The position numbers and the translations under genes were made by a program. Shown one piece after another: positions 1 through 8,021 of a stretch of DNA of 62,840 bases. Source of the stretch: Pseudomonadota bacterium. Lineage in GTDB: Bacteria > Bdellovibrionota > Bdellovibrionia > Bdellovibrionales > SG-bin7. The stretch lies in contig JAWXAY010000007.1 of assembly GCA_034439715.1 (NCBI GenBank), positions 1 through 62,840 on the forward strand, in the 5' to 3' direction. The notes beneath the pieces are model-generated. The model was not told the origin of the DNA. It did no database searches and was given only the letters and a program-made list of their open reading frames with translations. Each line of letters opens with the position of its first letter. Positions within the stretch are counted from its first letter, which is position 1.

Positions 1-1082
1 ATCTTACTTAAATCAGGCATCGGAATAGGCGCCAAAGAGTTAATGGCATTAGAGGCTGGGAGGGCAACCGCCTGAGACAGGAAGCTATACTCCATTTTAA
101 TCAAAGTCTGGAGACTTAATTTATCTTTTTCAAATGGAGCAATGCTGCTAGCAAAATAATCTGATGTTCCGGTAGGAAGCGAGCCCGTAGTTTCTTTAAC
201 AGCCATTCCTTTCTGAAGAGTTTTCAGCCAATCAATCTGTTTAGAAAGTTTATCTAAGACAACTTGGTCGCGTAAAATTACAAAATAAAGACCTTCGACA
301 AAATTCATTTCGTTTCCACGTAAAGAAGCAAATGACAGTCTTTCAGCCTGAAACATTTCTTTAGATTCAAGCCACTTAAACCAATTACTAGGAAATAAAA
401 ACGGCAAAGCGCTGCCGACTGCGGACATAAAATCACCAGTAAAAACGCCAACCACGGCTCTGACGTTAAGCTTTGGTAAAAGATTTCCACGGGCAACTGC
501 AATACCTTGTCTTGCTTGAAATACTTTTTCGGCATCCTGAGATACTTTATAATTTAAAAACTTTGCTCGTCCCATTAGTTCATCAAGAGTGTATTCTCGG
601 CTTAAAATATCTTTGGCAGGGGGTAAATTATCATCTCGTTTTAATTTTAACGAGATTACCACTGAGCCTTGCTCGGCAATCTCAACTTCAATTTGGTCCC
701 TGTCCCAACATGCTTTTATTTTTTGTAGATTGCTGTCACCAAAAGCGCAGTTTTCATTTCTTTTCAAAATTACTGGTTGAAGCACATAGCCGCTTTGTAA
801 TTCAATTTTGGTTTCATCAAAAATACTAATTTTGTAGGAAATCCCTCTGGAGCTCCCTAGCGTAGGATAAACTTTAAAGTTAACTGTTTTAGATTCTCCG
901 ACACTCACATAATCTGGAACCTCGGCGATGACTTGGTATTTATTGCCTCGATAGTCTTCAAAGCCTTGATAGCGACCCTTTAATTGGGGCAAGTCGCTTT
1001 CTCGGCAGCCGGTTACCGAAAATATTACACTTATGACACTACCTAGATATAAGAATGATTTTAAACAGATATTCTTTTTCAC
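1..1082 (-). CDS. TolC-like outer membrane lipoprotein, 3'-truncated by window edge (not in ORF track)
   Basis: Manual translation from GTG at 1082 is open to the window edge; lipobox-like VTGC; YTLDELMGRAKF, GNLLP, FPSNW, SFASLRGNEM and PDLSK match the paralog at 12954-14576. Confidence 0.8.
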   Translation of the reverse strand, partial: MKKNICLKSFLYLGSVISVIFSVTGCRESDLPQLKGRYQGFEDYRGNKYQVIAEVPDYVSVGESKTVNFKVYPTLGSSRGISYKISIFDETKIELQSGYVLQPVILKRNENCAFGDSNLQKIKACWDRDQIEVEIAEQGSVVISLKLKRDDNLPPAKDILSREYTLDELMGRAKFLNYKVSQDAEKVFQARQGIAVARGNLLPKLNVRAVVGVFTGDFMSAVGSALPFLFPSNWFKWLESKEMFQAERLSFASLRGNEMNFVEGLYFVILRDQVVLDKLSKQIDWLKTLQKGMAVKETTGSLPTGTSDYFASSIAPFEKDKLSLQTLIKMEYSFLSQAVALPASNAINSLAPIPMPDLSK

Positions 1083-1117
1083 TTTCGCCCCCTCAGACCA
1101 GAAACTATATTTCTGTG

Positions 1118-1150
1118 TTGACCAATATACCCATACCGGGTATTAGTCAA
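1118..1150. promoter_or_regulatory. CsoR-type operator in divergent promoter
   Basis: TTGAC..ATACCC-atacc-GGGTAT..GTCAA palindrome upstream of csoR; TAC-C/G-tract-GTA form typical of CsoR/RcnR operators. Confidence 0.7.
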
Positions 1151-1185
1151 CTTGAGAGCTTAATCTTAATTATTTTGAGGTAAAA

Positions 1186-1551
1186 ATGTTACATCGACAA
1201 ATTGAGGAACCTGGTAGAGCTTCTAACGAAAAAAAAACAATTAAAAGCCGTAAAGCCAAATCTTCTGAGGAAAGCCCTAAGCCTCACGCCACTCATATCG
1301 AGACGATTACTCGATTAAATAGAATTAAGGGTCAGATCACTGGCATTGAAAAAATGATTCGAGATGAGCGCTATTGTGTGGATATTTTAGTTCAGTTTCG
1401 GGCGGTTTCTTCTGCCATTGTTGCCGCAGAATTAGAAATTTTGAAACGTCACTTAGAGCATTGTGTTCGTGGCGCTCTTAGCTCGAAAAACGCTGCTAAT
1501 TCCAATAAAAAAATAAATGAGCTGATGCAACTAATCAGTCAAAGATTATAG
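1186..1551 (+). CDS. csoR: CsoR/RcnR family metal-sensing repressor
   Basis: RLNRIKGQITGIEKMI..RYCVDIL..HLEHCV, with the Cys-His-Cys Cu(I) ligand pattern. Confidence 0.85.
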   Translation: MLHRQIEEPGRASNEKKTIKSRKAKSSEESPKPHATHIETITRLNRIKGQITGIEKMIRDERYCVDILVQFRAVSSAIVAAELEILKRHLEHCVRGALSSKNAANSNKKINELMQLISQRL

Positions 1552-1559
1552 GTGAATTG

Positions 1560-2144
1560 ATGATGACAAAGGTGTTTTTTCTGTTGATGGTCTTTAATGG
1601 CGCATGGGCGAGCACTCCTGACGAAACTGTTTATCGCCAGTTAGCACTCAATGTTCGCAAAGAAGCCAATTTTAAAGTTCCGCTACCGAACGGTCAGAAT
1701 CTCATGTTTTCGTATGCCATGCAGATAGGTAAAGCCATGTGGTTGGATCCAATTAGTTATACCTTCCCACTCGATTTTGAAAATAAAAAATTCTATCGAC
1801 ACTTTTGGGATAAAATATTTCTTGAGGATGGTTCAGCTATAAAGATTGGTAACGAAAATGTTCCTTTGACATGTTTGTACCTAGAGGGGCAAGACAATCG
1901 TAGTAGCAAAGACACTCCACTAACACCTGATTTTGTGTTAAAAATATACCTGGTGGCTAACGACTTTCCGTGTACTGGTCCAGTTAACCCGGGGTGGCCT
2001 GCCAACGGCGGTAAAAAAGAAATTTGGGATACGTATATCTACTATGAAATTCGAGATCCGACGATCATGCTACCGATGGAAATAAAAATCCGTCATCGTT
2101 GGGTAGAGTTTTCGGCGACATTAGAGTTATCGAGGGAACAATGA
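1560..2144 (+). CDS. Secreted hypothetical protein
   Basis: Signal peptide; directly follows csoR and overlaps the next start. Confidence 0.7.
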   Translation: MMTKVFFLLMVFNGAWASTPDETVYRQLALNVRKEANFKVPLPNGQNLMFSYAMQIGKAMWLDPISYTFPLDFENKKFYRHFWDKIFLEDGSAIKIGNENVPLTCLYLEGQDNRSSKDTPLTPDFVLKIYLVANDFPCTGPVNPGWPANGGKKEIWDTYIYYEIRDPTIMLPMEIKIRHRWVEFSATLELSREQ

Positions 2145-3061
2145 AAAATATTTTTGCTATCTTTTCACTTGTTGGGATGTTAGCTCACAGCCAGGCCTTG
2201 CACGCAGAAATAGTGTGGTATCCGTTGCCACCTGAGGCTTATAGTTTTGGAAAAAAATATCCTGATGCACAGCGGCTTCTTTTTGCTTTTGACTATGGTC
2301 ATGCGCTTGTCTACGAACGGCTTCTTGCTGATCGTGGCAATATTAAAGACCCTGCTAAGTTAGAAAAAGAAATCCTATCGCAAATTATGGTCATCCTAAA
2401 AAATCCGCCAAATATAAAAGTAGATGAGTCTGATATTGCGCCAAACTACGTCTTTACTTTTCCGTTAACTGTTAGTCTTTTTGATTGGTCACACATGTTG
2501 CATCAGTTTGTCTTAGATGTAATGGCGACGACTAAAGATAGAAGGACGGTTCCTAAAAGAATTGAAGAACTTCTTGAAAAATATCATAGCAACACCCGGG
2601 TCGCTATTACGGGGGCCTGCAAGACCATGGATTTTATGGATGGTCACTATTTTTCTAAAACATTTAGACAAACATTTCCCAGTTTTAATCTGCTAATCTG
2701 GAGTTATCATTGGTTTCAAATCAAGCTCTATGAGGCACTAATGGAGCAGACCGAAGAAGATCGAGATGATGAAGTTAAAAAAGTTGTTGCTCAGTTTTGG
2801 AAACTCCTTTCTGATCTTCCTAAATCAGCTCCTTTTGAAATGATGCCGATGACGGCAATGGAAGCGCCAATGTTTGCAATAGCTTTTCCAAATATACCGG
2901 GAGCTTTTGATAACAACCACATGCTGCATGATATAGTTTCTGACATTTTGGTTTCTGATAAAGTTGCAAGCGATAAAATTCGAGGCGAAGGATTTCGTAT
3001 GGCGCGCGTGGCGCAAGATCCAGAGGCCTATAAAAGCGAAATGTGTGGTCGTCACCATTAA
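2141..3061 (+). CDS. Secreted His-motif helical protein, putative metal-binding
   Basis: Signal peptide; motifs FDYGH, FDWSHMLH, YHWFQ, FDNNHMLHD. Confidence 0.7.
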   Translation: MKNIFAIFSLVGMLAHSQALHAEIVWYPLPPEAYSFGKKYPDAQRLLFAFDYGHALVYERLLADRGNIKDPAKLEKEILSQIMVILKNPPNIKVDESDIAPNYVFTFPLTVSLFDWSHMLHQFVLDVMATTKDRRTVPKRIEELLEKYHSNTRVAITGACKTMDFMDGHYFSKTFRQTFPSFNLLIWSYHWFQIKLYEALMEQTEEDRDDEVKKVVAQFWKLLSDLPKSAPFEMMPMTAMEAPMFAIAFPNIPGAFDNNHMLHDIVSDILVSDKVASDKIRGEGFRMARVAQDPEAYKSEMCGRHH

Positions 3062-3082
3062 TTTTTTTTAGATAGGCGGTCA

Positions 3083-3574
3083 GTGATTAAAATCATAATT
3101 ATTTCATTGATGGTTTGTAGTGTCAGTTGTGGTCCTGCTTATCACGATGTTGATAATGGTGATTGGATACAGGTAACGCCCAAGTATAAATCAATATCAG
3201 GCACCATATTCGCAGCTAAATGCGTACTCTGCCATGGTGGAAAAAAGAAGGAAAAGAATATAGATCTCACTTCTTATGAAAAGATTTTTTCTCGGGACAT
3301 TTTTCCACCTCTGGTAATTCCTGGAAATCCAGAGAAAAGCAGTCTTTATCAAAGCGTTGCAACTGGGCGTATGCCTAAAGGCGGACCCGGCCTTACGAGA
3401 AAAGAGCTAAGGGTTATCTACGAATGGATTAAGGGTGGGGGCAAAAAAGAAGACGAGGATATTCCTCCCACAAACCCAGGTGAACCTGGAGGTACAGAAC
3501 CAGGCGGTAATGAGCCTGGAGCAGGAGGCGGGACATGCAAAGGGGAGCCAGGATGTGGGAAACCAAGGCAATAG
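3083..3574 (+). CDS. Cytochrome c lipoprotein (planctomycete cytochrome c-like)
   Basis: CVLCH heme motif, PGNPEKSSL, MPKGG axial Met, WIKGG; EPG-repeat tail. Confidence 0.75.
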   Translation: MIKIIIISLMVCSVSCGPAYHDVDNGDWIQVTPKYKSISGTIFAAKCVLCHGGKKKEKNIDLTSYEKIFSRDIFPPLVIPGNPEKSSLYQSVATGRMPKGGPGLTRKELRVIYEWIKGGGKKEDEDIPPTNPGEPGGTEPGGNEPGAGGGTCKGEPGCGKPRQ

Positions 3575-3663
3575 TTGGGGTCGAAATGTTTCTGAAGCTA
3601 TGGCTTAAAGTTTGCAGTAAAGAGTTAGGATAAGAAATTTAAACAACCTTAAGGGGGTTCTAT

Positions 3664-3954
3664 ATGATACGAACACTAAGTTTTCTGGCGATTGTTTTTC
3701 CAGTAGTAGCTTTTGGACACGGCAACACTATTGACGCAACAAATGACAGTGTTGTGCAAGCGCTAAAAGTATTTAAAGAAACTGAAAGTGATCAAACTAA
3801 AACCAATTTTACAGGGTTAAAGGCATGGCCGAACGGAGACATGATCATGGTAAAAGTTTATGTCACTACTAGTGGAACTGAATCATCTGTCAACTACATG
3901 TGTATGATGGATCATCAGGGCGGTAGCGAAAAAATTAATTGTACGAAGCAGTAA
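3664..3954 (+). CDS. Small secreted protein
   Basis: Signal peptide ending AFG-H; MCMMDH motif. Confidence 0.7.
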   Translation: MIRTLSFLAIVFPVVAFGHGNTIDATNDSVVQALKVFKETESDQTKTNFTGLKAWPNGDMIMVKVYVTTSGTESSVNYMCMMDHQGGSEKINCTKQ

Positions 3955-3974
3955 TAGCTATGAGGAGAAAAACA

Positions 3975-4319
3975 ATGAAATTAAATATAACGATCTTATT
4001 TTTAGCGGTATTCGCTCTTGCTGGGTGTGTGACGGGTGGCCCAGATAGAGGACATATAGTCATGAAAACATCAGACGACACTGCTCACGTCGCGCTGGGT
4101 TCGGGTGCAGTTAAAGTAGGAGATCACGTCGAACTTTATCACAACGAGTGTGCGGGCGGGGGCGGAATAAAATCAGATGGTGAGCTTCGGCATTGCAAAA
4201 AGGTAAGCACGGGACATGGCGATGTCATTGAACTTTATGACGCAGATTATTCGGTAGTGAAATTTCCAAAAGGGACCAAGTTTTCTGAAGGTGATACCAT
4301 TGAAAAGCACCGTCACTAA
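3975..4319 (+). CDS. Lipoprotein, small beta-rich domain
   Basis: RBS GAGGAG, lipobox LAGC; similar to 4734-5069. Confidence 0.7.
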   Translation: MKLNITILFLAVFALAGCVTGGPDRGHIVMKTSDDTAHVALGSGAVKVGDHVELYHNECAGGGGIKSDGELRHCKKVSTGHGDVIELYDADYSVVKFPKGTKFSEGDTIEKHRH

Positions 4320-4369
4320 ATGTAGAAGTTTGGACTTGATCTGACAGTTAGCAGTCACTCTTTTTACGT

Positions 4370-4603
4370 TCAGCTTCGCCTTATGAGAAAAACAGCCAGG
4401 ACGGAAACAATGGTCAGAACGACGATCCCAGATAGAATCATAATTCCCGGTCCCATTCCAAATAAGGACATTGCGCTAGATTGCCCCATCATATTGTTAC
4501 CCATGTTCTGAGCTTGAGAAATATTTGAAAAAAAAGAAACACTTACTCCAATAAGCAATTCATAAAGGAAACTTGCAGTTGACGTTAGCACCAGGTGCCT
4601 CAT
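4370..4603 (-). CDS. Small Met-rich membrane protein
   Basis: NMGNNMMG..MSLFGMG followed by a C-terminal TM helix; start uncertain. Confidence 0.4.
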   Translation of the reverse strand: MRHLVLTSTASFLYELLIGVSVSFFSNISQAQNMGNNMMGQSSAMSLFGMGPGIMILSGIVVLTIVSVLAVFLIRRS

Positions 4604-4733
4604 GTCGACGCCACCTGAGTTGGTAAAACAATGGATCTTTTTCATACAGCCTCCGTTTTTTTTGAAATATAAAATGTGACTGGATTGATGAGCACCCCTC
4701 AAGGAACATTACCACCCAGAAAACCCACCAAAA

Positions 4734-5069
4734 CTATTTTACTAAAATATCCCCTTCTTCAAAATTAACGTCATCTGCGAATCTCACGATCGAGGATTTT
4801 CGGTGAACTGAAATGACTTCCCCTTGACCCAGTTGGTTATCTTTGCACTCAGGGAGAGTTCCCTTTAAGCGAGGTTTTGATTCACACACTCTTTGAACCA
4901 CTGCTATTCGGTCTCCAACCTGAATTTTGTCCTTACCCAGATTCACGACAGCCTCGTTCTTATTTATTCTCGTTATGATTTCACCAGAAACCTCTGGGAT
5001 ACTAGCATAAGAAATAATACAGGTGCCAAAAACCAAGGTAAACGTTAATACTTTGCTTAATTGTTTCAT
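4734..5069 (-). CDS. Secreted protein, paralog of 3975-4319
   Basis: Shared pattern A.V.LG...VGD......C...C....G.G.VI....S.V.F.....F.EGD. Confidence 0.7.
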   Translation of the reverse strand: MKQLSKVLTFTLVFGTCIISYASIPEVSGEIITRINKNEAVVNLGKDKIQVGDRIAVVQRVCESKPRLKGTLPECKDNQLGQGEVISVHRKSSIVRFADDVNFEEGDILVK

Positions 5070-5112
5070 AACTCCACTCCAATCTTGGAACATTAATTCC
5101 AGTAATGGTTAT

Positions 5113-5128
5113 TGCAACGTCTGTGCCA
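5113..5128 (-). promoter_or_regulatory. Sigma54 -24/-12 promoter
   Basis: Minus strand TGGCACAGACGTTGCA, canonical GG-N10-GC spacing, ~45 bp upstream of the 5069 start. Confidence 0.7.
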
Positions 5129-5303
5129 CTACTACCTGCAAATAGCTTGGAGATATTGAACTACTGATTTACCTTTTTAACGCTTGAATCACCCTTCTCT
5201 GCATTTTTATCGCCTCTAGCGATTAGGTTGTACGCTGCCGCAATCTTAAGTCCCACCTTTGAATTTGAATGAGGCAAAGTGCCCGGGGACTTCTCCTCAG
5301 GGG

Positions 5304-5413
5304 TGTAGATCGTTATTGTTATTTTTTTAGAAACAGGGCTGTGCTTGTAGAGCGTGGCTATCGGGTTCTAGCCCGACACCCTGTTTCTAAAAAAATAACA
5401 ATAACGATCTACA
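5304..5413. repeat. Perfect 35-bp inverted repeat with structured 40-nt loop
   Basis: 5304-5338 TGTAGATCGTTATTGTTATTTTTTTAGAAACAGGG is the exact reverse complement of 5379-5413. Confidence 0.95.
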
Positions 5414-5431
5414 AACCTTAAGGAGGTATTT

Positions 5432-5602
5432 ATGGGACTCGAAAAACTCATCTCATTAGCAGCGGCTCTTGCCATTTTGGCGGCATCAACTGGTCAGCTT
5501 CCAAAGATAATCTATGCCGTTCACATGGCGCAGCTTCATCTTATCAAAGAATCACAGGCATCGAATTGGGGCCAAGCTATGTTGTTACCACCATCGAAAT
5601 AG
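5432..5602 (+). CDS. 56-aa small hydrophobic protein (not in ORF track)
   Basis: Strong RBS AAGGAGG; MGLEKLISLAAALAILAASTGQLPKIIYAVHMAQLHLIKESQASNWGQAMLLPPSK; a second copy of its 3' end at 7268-7312 differs mostly synonymously. Confidence 0.7.
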   Translation: MGLEKLISLAAALAILAASTGQLPKIIYAVHMAQLHLIKESQASNWGQAMLLPPSK

Positions 5603-5664
5603 ATCGAAGCCGAAGTTCTATGCTTCCCCAATTTCCCTGATTACTCCAAATAACAAAGAGGGCT

Positions 5665-6036
5665 TCAAGTGCAGCAATGCGCTGGGCTTTCCGAGTCTGA
5701 GGGTTCTCCCATGTCTTTGAAGGCTTTATAAGCTTTCAAAGCCCACATTTCACCAACACAGCCACCCATTGTCGAAGCAATAGCGAGGAATTCTCCAAGC
5801 TCTGCTTCATTTGCACCATACTTAATAGCTTGATGAATATAGTATTTGAAGCAAGGTTCACAGCGTGCAGAGATCGCCCATATCATGGCCGTCAGTACCT
5901 TGAATTTTTTGGGCACTGTACCTTCGGAAAAAATCGCCTTTTGTCTCATCTGCTCGATGAGCGCCGGCATTCCGTTTGTGATTTTGCCAAATTCTTTCAT
6001 GAGCTCTAAGGCTGGATCGATTTTTTTATAGTCCAT
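5665..6036 (-). CDS. Carboxymuconolactone decarboxylase/AhpD family protein
   Basis: VPKKFKVL..AISARCEPC..HQAIKYGANEAEL.E; C-terminal HCCT. Confidence 0.75.
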   Translation of the reverse strand: MDYKKIDPALELMKEFGKITNGMPALIEQMRQKAIFSEGTVPKKFKVLTAMIWAISARCEPCFKYYIHQAIKYGANEAELGEFLAIASTMGGCVGEMWALKAYKAFKDMGEPSDSESPAHCCT

Positions 6037-6039
6037 AAT

Positions 6040-6342
6040 TTACCCCTTATCTTTTATTTTTTTGCACTCTTGAGGAATGGCCTTATAGCCGACGTCATCA
6101 ATAGCTTTTTTGATTTGAGCTGTATTGGTTTTCTGTGAATCAAATTCAACCACAGCATTTTTTTCTTCAAGGGAGGCTTTTATGTCATTTATACCCTTTA
6201 ATTTCTTAACTGCGGCCCTGACCGTAATGGGACAGGTGGCGCAAGTCATTCCTTGAACTTCAAAACAAGCCTTCTCGGCCCAAGCCAAGTTGAAATATCC
6301 AAAGCCGATGAATATTAGTGACACAAAAATTATTTTCTTCAT
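6040..6342 (-). CDS. merP: Periplasmic Hg-binding HMA protein
   Basis: Signal peptide plus GMTCATCPITV motif. Confidence 0.8.
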   Translation of the reverse strand: MKKIIFVSLIFIGFGYFNLAWAEKACFEVQGMTCATCPITVRAAVKKLKGINDIKASLEEKNAVVEFDSQKTNTAQIKKAIDDVGYKAIPQECKKIKDKG

Positions 6343-6357
6343 TCTATCTTTCTCCTT

Positions 6358-6714
6358 TTATGAAAAAAGCCAAGCAACCCACTGGGGCGACGTAATGCCA
6401 AGAAGCGCGATCACAAGTCCTGCCCAATAAAAAATAACCATTTTTTTAAATTTTTTTGGATCAGCACAAATTGATCCTGGCTCGCAACTATTCCTCTTTC
6501 GATACAGTGTAAATCCGGCGACACCGAAAAAAATGAATACCAATAGAATCATGGGGCCGCGCACTGTTTCAAATTTGGAAAGCGCCGCCGCGCCCGATAC
6601 GCCGAGAACGGTTAGAACAAGCGGCCCTACACAACAAAGAGAAGCGATGATAGAAGCAAATATTCCGCCACCAACGAGCCAGCCTGATTTATTCTCGATT
6701 TTATTTGCTCCCAT
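6358..6714 (-). CDS. merT: Mercuric transport protein
   Basis: ASLCCVGPLVL, three TM helices, CEPGSIC loop. Confidence 0.85.
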   Translation of the reverse strand: MGANKIENKSGWLVGGGIFASIIASLCCVGPLVLTVLGVSGAAALSKFETVRGPMILLVFIFFGVAGFTLYRKRNSCEPGSICADPKKFKKMVIFYWAGLVIALLGITSPQWVAWLFS

Positions 6715-6718
6715 GTTC

Positions 6719-7135
6719 TTACATCCTCTCTTCAAAGCAATCTAGTATGGGGCAACTATCGCTAGTTTTCTTAGATCGACATTGCCGAATCAATTTTGAA
6801 AGCACAGTCCGAATGCTTTCCAGTTTTTCAATTTTACTTTCGACACCTTGAAGGTGTTTTGAAGCTTTCACCCGCACATCTTCACATCGTGATTCTTTAT
6901 TTGCTCTCAGCTTTAAGAGGTCCTTGATTTCTGCAAGAGAAAAACCCAGCTCCTGAGCATGCTTTAGGAATCGGAGGGTTTTAAATGAATCGTTATTGAA
7001 AACCCGATAACCCGAAGTCTTACGTCCAACCGGAGTCAGCAGTCCAAGACGTTCGTAATATCGAATCGTTTCGATACCAATCCCTGATTGCCTTGAAAGA
7101 ACGCCGATCGACATAGTATTTTCAGCCTTTCCCAT
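6719..7135 (-). CDS. merR: Hg(II)-type MerR regulator
   Basis: ETIRYYERLGLL HTH; Cys in RCEDV plus C-x8-C (CRSKKTSDSC); start could be 7114. Confidence 0.85.
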   Translation of the reverse strand: MGKAENTMSIGVLSRQSGIGIETIRYYERLGLLTPVGRKTSGYRVFNNDSFKTLRFLKHAQELGFSLAEIKDLLKLRANKESRCEDVRVKASKHLQGVESKIEKLESIRTVLSKLIRQCRSKKTSDSCPILDCFEERM

Positions 7136-7144
7136 ATTTCCTCC

Positions 7145-7176
7145 ATTATACAGTCTGTAGTGTACTACAGACTCAA
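7145..7176 (-). promoter_or_regulatory. MerR-type promoter/operator
   Basis: -35 TTGAGT, 20-bp spacer, -10 TATAAT; palindrome AGTCTGTAGT-gt-ACTACAGACT at 7152-7173. Confidence 0.85.
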
Positions 7177-7267
7177 GTGTTTTATTAGATTTTTGGCACA
7201 AGACCGGCAATGTCATTGAAAAGGCACTTCATCTAATTTGACGGAGGCTCGGCGTATTACTTCGAAA

Positions 7268-7321
7268 GCATCAAATTGGGGCCGAGCTATGCTGTTGCCA
7301 CCCTCCAAATAGATCGAGGCC
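7268..7321 (+). repeat. Diverged direct repeat of 5558-5611 (3' relic of the 56-aa gene)
   Basis: 47/54 identical by manual alignment; encodes ASNWGRAMLLPPSK-stop. Confidence 0.85.
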
Positions 7322-7412
7322 AATGCATTTTTTCTAGCAGCCTTACAATCGAGGGCGAGCAAAGCGAAGCAGATAATATGTGCCTCTCCGAGTTTTCATT
7401 TTTGCAAAAAAG

Positions 7413-8021
7413 TTAATTTTTATGCAAATGAATCTCAGCATACGCTAGATGTAAAATCCTAGTTGCTGCAGTTAAATTAAGAGTACTCATCAATACCGCC
7501 ACAATTAGGTCCGGTAGATTTGAATTGAAATAAAGAACTCCGAAGCCTGCGGCAATAACTGCGATATTTCCAATGGCGTCGTTTCGTGAACAAAGCCAAA
7601 CGGACTTAATGTTACTGTCGCCTTTGCGAAAGCGATACAAAAGTAGCGCGACACCGACGTTGACAATTAGAGCTATCAATCCAATTGTTGAAATTGTGGT
7701 GGCGTGAGGTGAGGAGCCTACAAAAAAGTTAATTGTCGAATTAACGATAATCCCAACTCCAAAGATCGCCATAGTTAATGCTTTAAAAATGGAAGCTCTG
7801 GCCCTGATTTTAAGAGCCGAACCAAGCACAAATAAACTTAGTCCATAGTTAATGCTATCACCTAAAAAATCAACTGCGTCGGCTTTAAGGGATGCGGACT
7901 CCGCGTACCAACCATAAGCTAACTCCACAAAAAACATAAGAGCGTTTAAGAACAAGGCAATCCATAAGACTTTTTTTAAGTTTGGATTCGCTATAGGAAC
8001 TTCACAACACGCCTCAGACAA
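7413..8021 (-). CDS. Cation diffusion facilitator (CzcD-like, short form)
   Basis: SASLKADAVDFLGD and SVWLCSRNDAIGN motifs; probable TTG start overlapping the czcA stop. Confidence 0.8.
   Translation of the reverse strand: MSEACCEVPIANPNLKKVLWIALFLNALMFFVELAYGWYAESASLKADAVDFLGDSINYGLSLFVLGSALKIRARASIFKALTMAIFGVGIIVNSTINFFVGSSPHATTISTIGLIALIVNVGVALLLYRFRKGDSNIKSVWLCSRNDAIGNIAVIAAGFGVLYFNSNLPDLIVAVLMSTLNLTAATRILHLAYAEIHLHKN

Noticed and set aside
305..829. ORFs 305-535, 473-829 and 589-780 in the track
   Set aside because: Shadows of the real minus-strand TolC-like gene at 1-1082.
3470..3560. Repeated GAACC/GAGCC-GG units
   Set aside because: Coding EPG low-complexity tail of the cytochrome, not a CRISPR or DNA repeat array.
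5335..5385. Possible tRNA gene in the hairpin loop
   Set aside because: Too short, no anticodon arm, non-canonical T-loop and no CCA; kept only as a structural resemblance.
5514..5720. 68-aa ORF in the track
   Set aside because: Out-of-frame overlap with the RBS-supported 56-aa ORF and with the CMD gene.
7194..7209. TGGCACAAGACCGGCA sigma54-like element
   Set aside because: Spacing is right but the -12 element is poor and no intact gene follows on the + strand.
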